DNA from: Lytechinus pictus
Lineage: Eukaryota
Direction: 5' to 3'
Assembly (NCBI RefSeq): GCF_037042905.1
Contig: NC_087252.1
Location: forward strand, 13,084,001-13,148,000
DNA length: 64,000 bases
The translations under genes were made by a program, and so were the position numbers. Below are positions 1 to 12,263 of the stretch, in pieces. Under the pieces are notes generated by a model, which saw nothing but the letters and a program-made list of their open reading frames with translations, searched no databases and was not told the origin of the DNA. Position 1 is the first letter of the stretch, and each line of letters opens with the position of its first letter.

Positions 1-42
1 CCCGATCTCACTGCTGTCATCTCTTCCTTTCTCTTCCCCCAT
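1..42 (-). CDS. Probable start of the CDS of a divergent gene running off the left edge (MGEEKGRDDSSEIG...)
   Basis: The minus strand reads AATCAAG-ATG-G at 42..40 (A at -3, G at +4) and is open to position 1. It lies in a putative exon opened by a pyrimidine-rich acceptor (tctctttctgttgcag|, exon start 358). Too short to identify. Confidence 0.4.
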   Translation of the reverse strand, partial: MGEEKGRDDSSEIG

Positions 43-358
43 CTTGATTAAGAGTCTCTTGGGATACTATATCCCTGGGTTCTTGTATGGACACTGACTT
101 CTTACACCAGTATCCCCAGTGTCCAAAAATTGCTTATAGAGGCTGTTCAGTGTAACCTCTCAGAATCAAACTTTCAGTTAAAATTTGATGGTAATTGTAA
201 AGAAAAAAATTTCAAAAAATTGTATGAAGATCATACAACTGGGTATCTTTCAGCTTACAAGCTGTTGTGATGCCACTTCATATGAAAAAAATGTCTGTTG
301 ATGATAATGGACGACACAGTGGATTCCTATGACATTGCTCTTCTCCCAGAGTAGGATG
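43..358 (-). other. Putative 5'UTR part of the exon holding that start codon
   Basis: Minus-strand acceptor CAG at 361..359 with a polypyrimidine tract; no long ORF before the ATG at 42. Confidence 0.35.
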
Positions 359-409
359 CTGCAACAGAAAGAGATATAATTGATAGTTAAATAATAATAT
401 TCTGCATTT

Positions 410-620
410 ATATAGCTTTTAACACATCGGAACGATGTTTCTAAGCGCTTTACAGATATATTATTACCCCGGTCATCGCATCCTTGCATGCCCGCATACA
501 ATGTATGCACCTTCTCCGCTCCTTGGGGAGCATTCCAACAAGAGTTCCCAGACTCAATTGCTAGGCATACTGCATAGTTTCATAATATATGTGCCACCAA
601 TATTCATTATCTATCTTACA
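410..620 (-). mobile_element. 3' fragment of a SINE-like retroposon
   Basis: tttctaagcgct...tattattacccc resembles the 3' part of the minus-strand SINE at 55038..55294. Confidence 0.45.
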
Positions 621-930
621 TGTGCGTAAACAAATTTTACCTGACACACGCAAATAAAATGCAAGGGTCAGGAGTGACAATTTGAAGAAAAAAAATTATT
701 GAACAGAAAAATTAGTCCGAATTAGAGAATACGGATTAAGTAGCACAAGTTAGAACGGAGGAAAACTGTAGTGTTGACTCTTGACAGTTCTGTCACATCT
801 AATCATTTCACAGAATTTTGACAGAGCCTTTATAATACTTAGCCAGCAAAATTCAGGTAAAGTCAATCTTTACATTCATATGCTATTCCACGTTTGTTAG
901 CATACATGTACACACTTCTGACAGTCCTTT

Positions 931-1080
931 CTCGTGTTAAGTACTGGTATATCTATATATTTTGTTTTAATACCATGGATACTGTACTACCACCAGAGGA
1001 GATACTCGTGTTAAGTATCGGTATATCTATATATTTTGTTTTAATACCATGGATACTGTACTACCACCAGAGGAGATACT
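931..1080. repeat. 74-bp tandem duplication (2 copies, nearly identical)
   Basis: ctcgtgttaagta..ggtatatctatatattttgttttaataccatggatactgtactaccaccagaggagata starts at both 931 and 1005. Confidence 0.9.
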
Positions 1081-1724
1081 ACGATCGATGAACAGGCACT
1101 CAACTCAAGCCTACAGCATCATGGACTTAAAGTAAAGTAATAATCAAAACAATGATTGCAGGCATTAACAGAAAGACAAGAAAAGACTAACAGTACTGTC
1201 TGGCCAAACGTCTTTCATTTTGAAGCCAACCAAGGCCCTATTTAGTATTGCATGGAAGTTACAATTGAAGTTAACTTTGCTGTCTAGTCAGTGATTTTAA
1301 TTGTAACATCCACGGAATCCTTGACATTTACTGGCCATTGAGCACATGACAGCAAAAACATTTTATGAATCTCTTTTAATGAAGCAGACCCCTGCACATG
1401 TCAATGGAATGCATGTACGAAGACGAAGTGATCCATTTTTTGACCTTGACTCAGTCAATTGAAACACTGCATGAGCATGGTTTCATCTGTCTCACTGAGC
1501 TTGACTGTCTTGACTTGAGTCAGTGGACAGTGAGTGATTGATAATGAAAAACTAACATTGTAAAAAAACTCAAAATAATTTTTTTTTTTGTCTTTTTTAA
1601 AAATAGACCTAGATTCTAGGCCTAATTCTAACTGCGCGAAGCTTCAGTCTCCCTGTACGCCGCTAGCTGCGGCCAGCCGTGCCAGCAGGCGCTGCAGAGC
1701 CGCCAGAGAGGAGCGCTCACCGAA

Positions 1725-2145
1725 CACGGCCAATATGGGAGACTGTCTCCCATGAGAGAGATTATTTCCAATATTAGAGACTTTTGTAAATTTGGGTATC
1801 CAATTTCAGAGAGTCTCCAGTTTGGGAGACCAATTTCCTTTGCTTACATTTGCTGCAAAAGGATTAGCTTGGCAGCAAATAAAAATGTGATGAGCAGATT
1901 CCTCATGAAAAATTACCCCTTTTCAACGTCTACTTTGAAAATTCACCATCTACTTTTGTTTTGATAAGGATTTTTGTTGTCATCCACACACAAAACAAAT
2001 GGGCTTCTGACCTCAGTGAGGCAAAATTTTGGGTGGAAAAAAAATCTGCTTTTGTTGGTGTTGTTTCTTTTGTTCTTTTGCAAAGCAAGTCTCCAATATG
2101 GGAGATTGTCTTCCATATTGGAGAGAGTCTCCCATATTGGCCATG
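1725..2145. mobile_element. Non-autonomous DNA transposon (MITE) with TIRs CAYGGCCAATATGGGAGAC and internal subterminal repeats
   Basis: Inverted ends cacggccaatatgggagac / gtctcccatattggccatg, with repeated tctccaatat/gggaga units inside. Confidence 0.75.
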
Positions 2146-2477
2146 CGCCTCTACTGACAAGTGACAGTGCTAGCTAGTGCTAGTCACGTCCACAACAAAT
2201 CATTAAATGATGACATTGACAAGAGAAAGACAGAGATGGGATGGTGTAAAACTAAAAGTGAGTTTTATTTCATTCTTTTAACAAGTCCATGTTTCAAACA
2301 TGTCGCACATTCATTGTATTTAGTCGAACAATAGTTAGATCTAGTAAAACGTTAGATCTATTTGATTTTGAGTATTTCATCAACTCAATCAAGTTCTAAT
2401 TCTATCTTATCAATATGATATCAAGACAAGTTTCTGAGTCTGACTAGTCTGAGAGACTCTGTCAGTCTGTGTTCGTG

Positions 2478-2548
2478 TATAAACCGCAACCCCCATAGAT
2501 GATTCCCCGACTAAAAAAGGTGCGGTTTATATTCCGGAAAACACGGTA
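2478..2548. mobile_element. Terminal fragment of a Tc1/mariner/pogo-like MITE
   Basis: Ends ggtgcggtttatattccggaaaacacggta, with an internal inverted tataaaccgca. A TACCGT-type TA terminus is typical of this group (recalled, not searched). Confidence 0.4.
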
Positions 2549-2853
2549 AGTCTAAAGTCGGTGTCTGCAGTGCAGGAACGGGTCCAAGAAGGCAAGACAT
2601 AGAGCTCCTCCGTCGCCGCTTACCGGCGGAGCTCGGAGCGGCAGCTTATTTGGTTACCCGCCCGGCCGGCGGCTGCCCCTACCGGAGCGGCACTGCCACT
2701 GGCGCTGCGCTCGCTGCAACTAGTGCAGCTGCTTTGGCTTTGCATTGCAGCTCAATTCCATATTCAAATCCCTTACACTTTAGTAGAAACATACGCTGTG
2801 AAAAAGAGGCTGGTAGACTTTGAAAAAATATATACATTTAGGGTATATCTTAC

Positions 2854-2940
2854 CTCAACAACAGTGTCTCAAAGTGTTTAATGGTACCGATATATCGAAC
2901 ATTTCACAAAAATAACTTCACCGCGTCCATATCGTCAGGG
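2854..2940 (-). other. Putative non-coding first exon of the left-hand divergent gene
   Basis: Plus-strand cttacct at 2849..2855 is a consensus minus-strand donor AG|GTAAG. It sits beside a CpG/GC-rich patch (about 2600-2750) and a DR1 motif. The 5' boundary is approximate. Confidence 0.35.
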
Positions 2941-2947
2941 AAATATT

Positions 2948-2959
2948 TGACCTTTGACC
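2948..2959. promoter_or_regulatory. DR1-type nuclear receptor motif TGACCTTTGACC
   Basis: Direct repeat of the AGGTCA half-site with 1-nt spacing, next to the inferred start of the left gene. Motif match only. Confidence 0.4.
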
Positions 2960-4669
2960 GAAGCGCAAGCCTAGGTGGTGAAGATGCGATGATATACAGT
3001 GCAGTCGTTTTTGTTTTCACTAATAATCACACCAATTATTACTTGGGAAATATCTCACTTTTCGGGTAGAAAATGATCAAGTTATATTTTATGTTATTAT
3101 TTATTGTTATTAAGTATTATGTTACACTTTCATGGTATTACAATTTGCCAGAATATAAAGTATTTGAAATAATGCACTTAAAAGTATCTGTTTTATGAGA
3201 CTATACCATCACATCTTCTTCTTATGTTGGTTTGAGTGGCGATTAGTCATATTTGACTATTGTCGCCAACTATATAATCATTGAGATACTAGTAATATAT
3301 ACTGTGGAGTATCTCTATGATACCATCTTTCGACCTCCATGATGATACTATAATATATCTCTATATGTACCATCATGACTACCAATTAAGGCATCCGAAA
3401 AGATTGAACCAAAAGAAGAAAAACAAGGTATAGCTTGTTGGCTGTGAGCAATATGAAAGTGTGTACTGGAGACGTGATAATAACGGATATAGGGAAAGTT
3501 TATGCGTCACCCACCAAAAAGGCATTTAAAAAAACAATCAAACAAAAATATGGATTGAAAATTCATGAATTTAAATTTTTAGCTGTATTTATTTTATTAA
3601 TCATTCTTTTAATGCCTCTTTGTTTCGTCTCTGTTTTCAATGTGTTTCTATCTGTTTCTAGCTGTGCCACAATCAATGACCCCCCCCCCCCCCCCCGGGC
3701 GCAGCCAAGGAAGATTACTGGCCCTGGGAAGCGGGGATGCTGCGTGTCATAGGCAGCACCCCTTTCGAATTTCGTTAGGTCTGCAAATTTTGAGAAATGT
3801 ACTAAAAATGCCAATTTTTTTTTTTTTAACCTATAGCTCCCCCACCCCTTTTTTTTTTACTCGTCAAAAATTGCTCCAGCACCCCCACCCCAAAATCGTT
3901 CCCAGGGCCCTGCATTTTCCCTGGATGGAGATCATGTATTACACCCGTCATATTTTTTTTATGTGAGGGTTATTATTCAGTTTTGTCATACATTTTAGAA
4001 TGAAATTCATTAATGAAATAAGAAGTGGGGGGGGGCTATACATGTATGCGTCAAAACTACCCTTTTTTGTAATCTTAATATTTTTTTTATTCGTTGTTAT
4101 GTATCTCAACACATGATGGCAATATTTTTTTTGTCTCGGGTCCAAAAGAAAAAGGTGCCGGTCAAAATCCAAAATGGCCGCCAATCCACGCCCCCCCCCC
4201 CCCCCCAAAAAAAAAAAAGTCACAGACGTTTTGGCCACAACTTCTTTATTTGGTGGTCTTTTTCTGAACTGCTTTTTGTGTCTATTCGTATATGTTTAAG
4301 GGGGGAGGCAATTTGTTTTTCCCCAAAATTAGTACTTTTAAACCATTATTTGTATAGAGTTAAAATGTGATATTACCTAAATTTACAAAAAATAGCTTTT
4401 TTTCGGTTTAGAGTGAAATGGATCTAATAAAAGTAATGATAATAAACAATTAATAGAGGATAATATTCATTAGAAAAAAATATATGGTGAAAACTATACT
4501 TTTTCCATGTTATACACAATTTCAATACAACAAACTTAAGCATGAGGACTACCAGTAAGGATCTCTCATAGCATTGACGATAGGCCTACTATCTGTTTAA
4601 TAAATTAATACGTTCTGTTTTACTGAATTACTGGCTTCCCAATAAGGAAACTATGGTCTATTACGCCTA

Positions 4670-5229
4670 AAAACCCCAGAAAAACGTTGATTCAATAGAG
4701 AAAAAAACAAGCATAACGCTGAAAATTTCATCAACATCGGATATAAAAAAGGGAATTATTACATTTTAAAATTTTGCTTATTTTTCACAAAACAGTCATA
4801 ATCATGCAGAACTCAGGGACATGCAAAATGAGAGAGTCGATGATGTCCATCCCGTGTACTCCATCAATCACTATTTCTTTAGTTTTTTTATTGTTTGAAT
4901 TATATGATATTTCAATTTTCACCAATTTTCCATTAAGGACCAACTTAACTGAGTCATAATGAAATGCTATATAATGAAATAATTAAAATATTCATAATTC
5001 ATATAGGCCTCATTACATACAAAAGAAATACGATGAGAGAGTGATGTTATCAGTCTCCTCATTTGCATCCAAAACGGCAAGTAGGTTTGTTTTGTGAAAT
5101 TAGTCGAAATTTCAAATGTCATAATTTCCTTATTTACATCCGATTTTGCTGAAATTTTCAGTGTTATGCTTGTTGGATTCTTCTATTTTTATTTAACTCA
5201 ACTTTTAGTTGGGGTGGAGTTGTCCTTAA
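4670..5229. mobile_element. Kolobok/T2-like MITE family A, degraded copy
   Basis: Shares the gcataac(a/g)ctgaaaatttcatcaa arms and ends ggggtggagttgtccttaa, as at 27293..27892. Left end approximate. Confidence 0.7.
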
Positions 5230-5341
5230 CTCGTCTGAGACCATTTCATAAAATTTGATAAGATAGCAATTCTTGCTGGAATGTCAGATTTCATTAGAAT
5301 CACGAAGCAGAATTTTCACTGTTGTCATGGTAGTTGACACT

Positions 5342-5553
5342 CACAGTAAAACACTGTTTAAGATTTCATACAACGCTGTTTGCTACATGAACCTTACAGT
5401 ATCTGTTTAACCGTTTAAACATTTTAATTTATTGAAAATTAGATATTGAAAATTAAATTTTGTTGCTTAAGATTTAAACACTTGTTAAAACTGTTTAAAC
5501 AATTACTGTAAGGTTCATATAGTAACCAGCGTTTTATATATTTTGTTACTGTG
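5342..5553. mobile_element. Palindromic MITE with CACAG...CTGTG termini
   Basis: Inverted arms cacagtaa...tgaaccttacagt / actgtaaggttca...ttactgtg. Confidence 0.65.
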
Positions 5554-5556
5554 ATA

Positions 5557-5962
5557 CATAGGCGGATCCAGGAGGCCCGAGGGGCCCGCCCCCCCCCCCC
5601 TATTGGCGGAGCAAAGAAAAAAGAAAAAGGGAAAAGAGAGGGGAAGAAAGAAAATGAAAGAAAAAGAGGGGAGGAAAAAAAGAAGAGGAAGACCATGAAG
5701 ACAAGTGAGGGAAAGACATGGAAAAAAAATCTTTCATATCATTATATGAAATTTTCGCTCGCGCTTCGCGCTCGCATTATATGTTCGATTAGATACATAT
5801 CTTGCTCAATAGACTGATATGGAGCTTAAAATGTCAAGTTTTTAAGTCATTATACCAAAACAAAACAATCAACTTTGAGCGGCCGATCGGGGAAAATATG
5901 GGTGAACAAAAATTTCGCCCCCCCCCCTCTCCCTATATTGGCGAAAGCTGGATCCGCCCCTG
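5557..5962. mobile_element. Non-autonomous element with CA(T/G)(A/G)GGCGGATCCAG TIRs and poly-C subterminal tracts
   Basis: cataggcggatccag ... ctggatccgcccctg. A longer relative starts at 6796. Confidence 0.75.
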
Positions 5963-6795
5963 ACTCTATCAAGAGTTACTATCTTCTCAACTGTTCAAGG
6001 TCTATTATTATTATAGGGATTATGGTTTCGGTCGTTTCGGTGATATGGGCATGATATTGTTTCTGCCTCAAGAGGGCGCAAGCCGCAACACTACAAGGCC
6101 CTATAGAATCGACATTTTCTCTTTTATCCTGCATTCAAAGAAATGGAAATGCTGTTGTGCACTTGTTGTTTTTTATTATTTTTTAAAGTTTACCGAGAAA
6201 CTATTTTCCCCATTAACCCATCTACCATTTTTGACAATCATATGGAGTGTTCACCGCCACTTGCCACAGGGCCCTGGGGACGATTTTTAGTGGGGGTGCT
6301 GAAGTGAATTTGACAAGCAAAAGAAAACACACAGGGTTTTCATTACGAAATGTGGGTGGTTTCGGTCCAGAGAAATGTGACAAGCAAAAAAAGAAAGAAA
6401 GAAAGAAATTAAAAGGGGTGGCTTTCCTACAAAATGCATTTTTATTACATTTCTGCCATTATAAGGTTATGCCTATCGGATTTCCAAGGGTGCTGCTCAT
6501 GGAAGATAGCACACCCAGCACCCCCAAGAGTGCTTCACCACCAGCACACCCGCTTCCCAGGGCCATGACTTCCCCCCCCCCCCCCTTGTGTGACGACGTC
6601 CCTGCTTTGGTGTTTGCGGGTGGTTTCCTTTTTTCTGTCTGTCTGTCTGTCTTTCTTTCTTTTCATTAGGGTGTTTATAGCCAAAATATATAAAATAATA
6701 GGAGCAACGTTGAACAGTCACTCAATATAAACCATATAAATATATATAAATATTGGTTAATGTGGTTTTATGGAAATTTACCCACTTTTTTAAGT

Positions 6796-8230
6796 CATAG
6801 GCGGATCCAGGGGGCCGAGGGGCCCCTACCCCCCCCCCTTATTATGGAGCAAAAAAATATTTAAAAAAAGGGGGAAATAAAGAAAAAAAGAGGGACAAGA
6901 ATGGGAAAAAAAAGGAAGAGGATGAAGACGAGTAAATAAAATAAGACTTGGAAAATAAAATACATATATCTTATGTCACTATATAAACTTTTCTCTCTTG
7001 CATTAATTATCATTAATATCTTGCTCAATATGGAGCTTTAAATATCGAGTCAATGTACAAAACATATTTCAGCTCGGAAATTGAACTTTCATTATTTTGT
7101 TTGATTTACATTTTTTTAAAGCTCTATAAAAATGTCATTGTATGGTATGAATATCAACATTTTCTGCTCGCGCTGCTGCTCGCAAAATTTGATTGTCAGG
7201 TACCTATTATTTTCGTATATTCAGTTCTCAAAATATCCCTATTTATGTATGATTGTCAAAGGGTATCAGCTAGCACTGCACGCTCATATTTTGATTGGTG
7301 AGTTATGTATATCTCAATATTAGTTCTATAACTTAAAATCCCCATTTCATGACAGTTTATCAAAAAATAGGCTCGCGATTTGCGCTCGCATTATTTGAAA
7401 ATAATAATCATGCATTCTATTAATATTAAACAGCTAGAAATTCTTAGTTTTCAGGCCATAAGATCAAGTGCTGTCATTAGGTTTATGAGATTAATAAATA
7501 AGAGCTTAAATTGAGCCCTTTTCAGATCGGAATATCAAATATTTAAAGCTCGCGCTTTATTGATTTTCATGATAGAAAATGGATTTAGAATATTCTAGGT
7601 CTAAATCTGAAACACGCGTGCGCATGTTCATTCCCGATACGCAGCTTGTTCTCTATTCAAATCATTATTCAATTTCAGATCAGAATTCCGCTCGCATTAT
7701 TAATGTATGTAGGAACTTCCCTAATTACTTAATATCCGTTTCATGATTTACAAAAAAAAATTGATAGAGTGTCCCGTTTTTAGGTCTAAATCTCAAATTT
7801 TTCCGCTCGCGCTTCGTGATTGCATCAATGATTAGTATATCCTGTTCACGATTACAAAAAATAGAATTTCCATTCTTTATAGGAAGTAATGTAAAAAATG
7901 TTCAGCTCGCGCTTCGCGCTCTCATTATTTGATTGTTGAAATATGTAACGTGTTCATGGGTAACTGTGAGTCCATAACAGGTACTTTAGTTTCGATCAGT
8001 GGATGTGTTGATCAAGCTCGCGCTTTAGTAACTCGCCTTTAATAGCCGGTGAGAAATGCATATCATGAACTCCTAAAACAACCATAAAGTCAATTTTCAG
8101 TTCAGAATAGGACCTATCAAAAAGTTCCAGCTGACAATAATATTATTTGATTATCGCGCGGTACATCTCCTGTACATGACTGTCCTATTTTAGGGCTTAA
8201 TCTGAAACAAAAATAATTATATCTCGCGCC
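6796..8230. mobile_element. Longer member of the GGCGGATCCAG family with dispersed GCTCGCGCTTCGCGCTCGC units
   Basis: The first ~270 bp align by eye with 5557..5850, and the gctcgcgc motif recurs. Right end uncertain. Confidence 0.6.
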
Positions 8231-8286
8231 TAGTGCTCATATTATGAGTATTTAAGAATATCTTTATCACTTACCTGTGCTTAATG

Positions 8287-8521
8287 CACTGCAGAAACTT
8301 TGGTGTTGATGACCACCAGTCCGGAATCTATGTCCACACCAGAGAAATATTGAAAAAACACCAGTTTGGAATCATACGATGCTGTTTTAATACTAATTGG
8401 TGTTGCATTAATACTTATCTGGTGTTAAACAAAAACCAAACTGGTGTTGTTTAACACTTCTCTGGTGTGGACAAAAATAGATTCCGTGCTGGTGTTAAAT
8501 CAACACCGGAGTTTTGCAGTG
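8287..8521. mobile_element. CACTA/EnSpm-like MITE
   Basis: Termini CACTGCAGAAAC...GTTTTGCAGTG, long inverted arms, and TG on both sides (2-bp TSD). Confidence 0.75.
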
Positions 8522-8966
8522 TGGGGGAGCGAACTGACCAACACTGTGTTATACTTGTGTTTTTAAGATTGGGAAAAAAAGTAATATTTACAATGATGTA
8601 CACTTAGAGAAAAATTAATGTGATGGTGAGCGAGGCAACCTAGCGCCAGAAAATTGTAGAGCATGATTACTGAGATAGGCCTTTTTATTTCTGCTGATTA
8701 TAATTATGTAACTTTGGTAATATACAGATTTTTCTTCATTTTCCCTTTTCATAGTTCTCTTTTGCTGGTTCTATGCGTCCCCTCAAATTGCCTTTCTCAG
8801 CGGTTATTTTTCTTTCAAATCAATGTTTAATGTCAAAAAAGCTACGTCCGAGCGAGTAATAATTTTTACCTTTTTAAATAAAATTTAACTCTGGGATAAA
8901 TTTTGACAAGATATTTTCAAATTTGTATCATATTCCACTCCTTTCTCCGTTCCTTTGTAGTAGGCC

Positions 8967-9012
<46 letters not shown>

Positions 9013-9468
9013 GTTCCATTGCTACAGCAAGACGAGGTAATTCGTAAAAGCGATCGAGCTTGAAGCACAAGCTGAAATTTTGAAGGTATTCCGAAGGTTC
9101 GCTATTCTGAAGGTTCGAATATTCCGATGGTTCGTTAATCCGAAAATGGAATTAGGTTCGTTAATCCGAAAATGGAATTAGGTTCGTTAATCCGAAAAAT
9201 GGAATAATCCGTAAAATTGTACCAAAATTCAAATTTTTACATAAAAATGCCCTTTTGCCCCCCCCCCCAACAAAAATACATTCCGCCACCGCTGCCTTCC
9301 CATTTTTCCTCATAACAACCAAATAGCAATTACGGAGTTTCTACCCCATCCCCCTCTACTACGCTTGCCCTTCCTGTTTTCCCGGCTTCGCCACAGATTA
9401 TTTCATTTATCAGAATAACGAGCCTTTGGAATAACGAACCTGATTTCATTTTCAGATTAACGAACCTT

Positions 9469-9976
9469 CCGGAGGGGGGGGGGGGGGGGCAATCAAATAT
9501 ATTGCTGTGCACATTCGTGACAAAAAACGCGTTTAAAGGGGTGGTTTTTTTTCAGTTTTGGACGCTGGCCGCGCGTGCACTCGTTCAAAAACACAAATTT
9601 TCAAAGAAAAGGGTGGTTTTGAAAGACTGGTCAATGGTCAATCGCGGGGTCAAACGTATTTAGGGTACGTTTATTTTTCCAAAGCTTTTTTTTAAGACTA
9701 GCTAAACGCGTTCAGTGTATGTTTTTTCCCCCAAGCTTTTTCCCCGGGGTCATATTCTGGCGACAACTTATAGGCCCGAATTCACAAAGGTGGTTTCTGG
9801 AGAAACCATGGCTTCAAACGAAACCACCTTTGTGAATTCGGGCCATAATGTTTAGGGGCCAAAATGTGTAAATAGGGGGTTATTTTGTACCCTGCAGAGA
9901 AAAATTCGTTTAGAGGGTGTTTGGAAATAATTTGGTCACGCATGTGTACATCAAAACATTTGACTGCCCCCTCCGG
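9469..9976. mobile_element. CCGG-poly-G ended non-autonomous DNA transposon
   Basis: Termini ccggagggg...cccctccgg, flanked by ctt on both sides. A second copy lies at about 50518..50900. Confidence 0.75.
9773..9844. mobile_element. 72-bp Harbinger-like mini-MITE
   Basis: Perfect 25-bp TIR GGCCCGAATTCACAAAGGTGGTTTC with ATA on both sides. Absent from the paralogous host copy near 50765. Confidence 0.85.
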
Positions 9977-10839
9977 CTTATTCCATTTCCGGACTTATGA
10001 ACCTTCGGAATTACCCTATTTTGTTTTCGGATTAGCGAACCTTCGGAATACCGAAGCTTCGGAATTTACGAATTTACGCCACAAATGTTCGGATTAACGA
10101 ATCCTCTTTTCGATTACGGATTAACGAACATCGATGTATATATAGCCAATATGCAATTTACGTGTTTCGAAATTATACAAACCTTCAAAATTAAAGACTA
10201 TAACCGAAATTTTTGAAAGACTGATCTGAAAATGAACTGACTCATAGAAGGATAGATAGATAGTTTTATTGAATACAAAAAAAAATAATACACAGGCATA
10301 TATAGTAGTTTTAAATTTGCGCCTTGAATTTACATTAAACGTACTGACATTGACAGCTCAGCTGCATATTGGTTCTCCATGGTTACATCCCTTAGTACAC
10401 TTTCATTTCTCATCTCTTTTGTATTGTCCCCAATTATCTTATATCATGAACTACAATCAAGAAATTTAGCAAAAATCAAGTTGTATCCAAAAGGGTCGTA
10501 AAATAAACTGGGCACAAATCATTTCAATTTTCTGAGAAAATTACATTTTATTGATTTTTGTTACCACTCGATATATTATATAGAGAGCTGCGAGCGCCTG
10601 TGACGTCACAAATCAAATAATTAAAGTTCTAATAACATTTTAATACTTTGATGGATTTTCCTCAAACCTTCTCCAATATTTTTCTTCTTTTTCTATTTTT
10701 ACAATATTTTTGTTTGTCAGCGTAAACTTATAAAAACATAAACATGAACAACTTTTTTTTTCTTTTTCTTTCTCCCTCCATCTGTTTGTACTATGACATG
10801 TTCCGAACGGGATGGTTTCATTCAATAGCAATGAATTAA

Positions 10840-11086
10840 ACCACCATCACTACCATCACCATGATAATCATTATTATTATTATTGTTGTTTTTATTTTAT
10901 TATAATTATTATTATTATTACTTTTAACAAAATTATTATTATTACTATTACTACTATTATTATCATTGTTATCATTATCATTATTATTATTATTGTTACG
11001 ATTATTGTTATCATTAATTTATTATTATTATTACTATCATCATAATCATCATCATCATCATCGTTATCATCATCATCATCATCAAC

Positions 11087-11117
<31 letters not shown>

Positions 11118-11200
11118 ACATCATCATCATCAACATCATCATCATCATCATCAACGTCATCATCAGCATCATCATCGTTATCATCATCATCAACATCATG
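10840..11200. repeat. Compound (ATT)n/(CAT)n microsatellite
   Basis: Directly visible trinucleotide runs; they explain the poly-H/I/M ORFs. Confidence 0.95.
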
Positions 11201-11639
11201 TTTGTCATATGATTCATCCTATTGAAATATTATGATGCTCGACCTTAAAATTTTGGAGTATAACACAGGCCACCCCCCCCCCCCTGATTGGGGGACATAT
11301 CCCCCATCCCACCGGATCGGCACCCATGACGTTACACTTGTTAGATTTTCCTGTATGGGTTAAAATTAACATATTTCAGGGGTTGACTCGCGACCTTCGA
11401 TATTGCTAGACTTACTGAAATAAAAAATGGGAAATTTTAAAGCACATTTTGTCATCGAAAAAAGGAAACTTGTTTGTTTGCTTTTATTACTGCGTTCAAA
11501 ATAATACACTATCAAATGTGACATAATTATAAGCAATATACCAAATGATCCGAAACATAACCAATACAACTAGATTACATGATGAAAAACGACGGAGCAT
11601 AAACTTGACTTTTCAATAATATAACAATTACTTAATGAA

Positions 11640-12068
11640 CGCAGGAGACCGCCATCGTGAGCGGTTAAGTTGGAAAAGTGGCGGCCTCATAAAAAATTAA
11701 ATCTTGATATCTGATTAAAAAGGTACCGGTAATACATATGCGGGAGCGGAAAGCGAGTTGGAGAGTTTTGTTAGTCAAATCTGCAGCAGGCCTTAAATTG
11801 ATCCATGGGCATGGATCAGAAATCAAGAATGTGATTCATCTGATTTATGTAGGACCTACAGCCCCACGAAAGTGTGTGAAACTGACAAAAATAAAATTTG
11901 TTTCCAAATAAAAGAAAGGAAAAAAGTGCTGACAAAACGACTGTTTTAGAGTCTAACGCGTCTTGTCAATTTGCATCACAGCGGAGCTGAATTAATTTTC
12001 GGTGAATATCTGGGCATCGGAAGACAGTCGAAATCTCATACTATTTTCGCAGACCGAAGCAATAAGAG
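11640..12068 (+). promoter_or_regulatory. Candidate upstream promoter and non-coding alternative first exon of the POU2 gene
   Basis: CpG-enriched patch (cgccatc, aagtggcggcc, gcggaa) followed by a strong donor GAG|GTAAGA at 12068/12069. Confidence 0.35.
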
Positions 12069-12263
12069 GTAAGAAATTCAACATATTTTTATTAGATACA
12101 CAAGCAATCAATTGATATTCTATTTAATTTCTGATACTTGGTGTTTTTTAACTCAACATTATCTCATTATTTTCCGGAGGTGTTCGGGGCTAGCTTTTGC
12201 TGTGTATACGCCCCTACGTAGCGAGTTCCGCGCAGTCGATTTGCCAGTATTTTAATATGCAAA

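Larger units (their letters stand above)
9085..10200. mobile_element. Repeat family with TTCCGAAGGTTCG / CGAACCTTCGGAA arms, interrupted by nested insertions
   Basis: Many direct copies on the left (including a 26-bp tandem unit x3 at 9129..9206) and inverted copies on the right. A degraded relative lies near 56385..56720. Confidence 0.6.

Noticed and set aside
9129..9206. 26-bp direct repeats resembling a CRISPR array
   Set aside because: The copies are head-to-tail with no spacers, lie inside a transposon-like repeat, and there are no cas genes in this animal DNA.
10812..11235. Poly-His/Ile/Met ORFs
   Set aside because: Translations of (CAT)n/(ATT)n microsatellites with no exon context.
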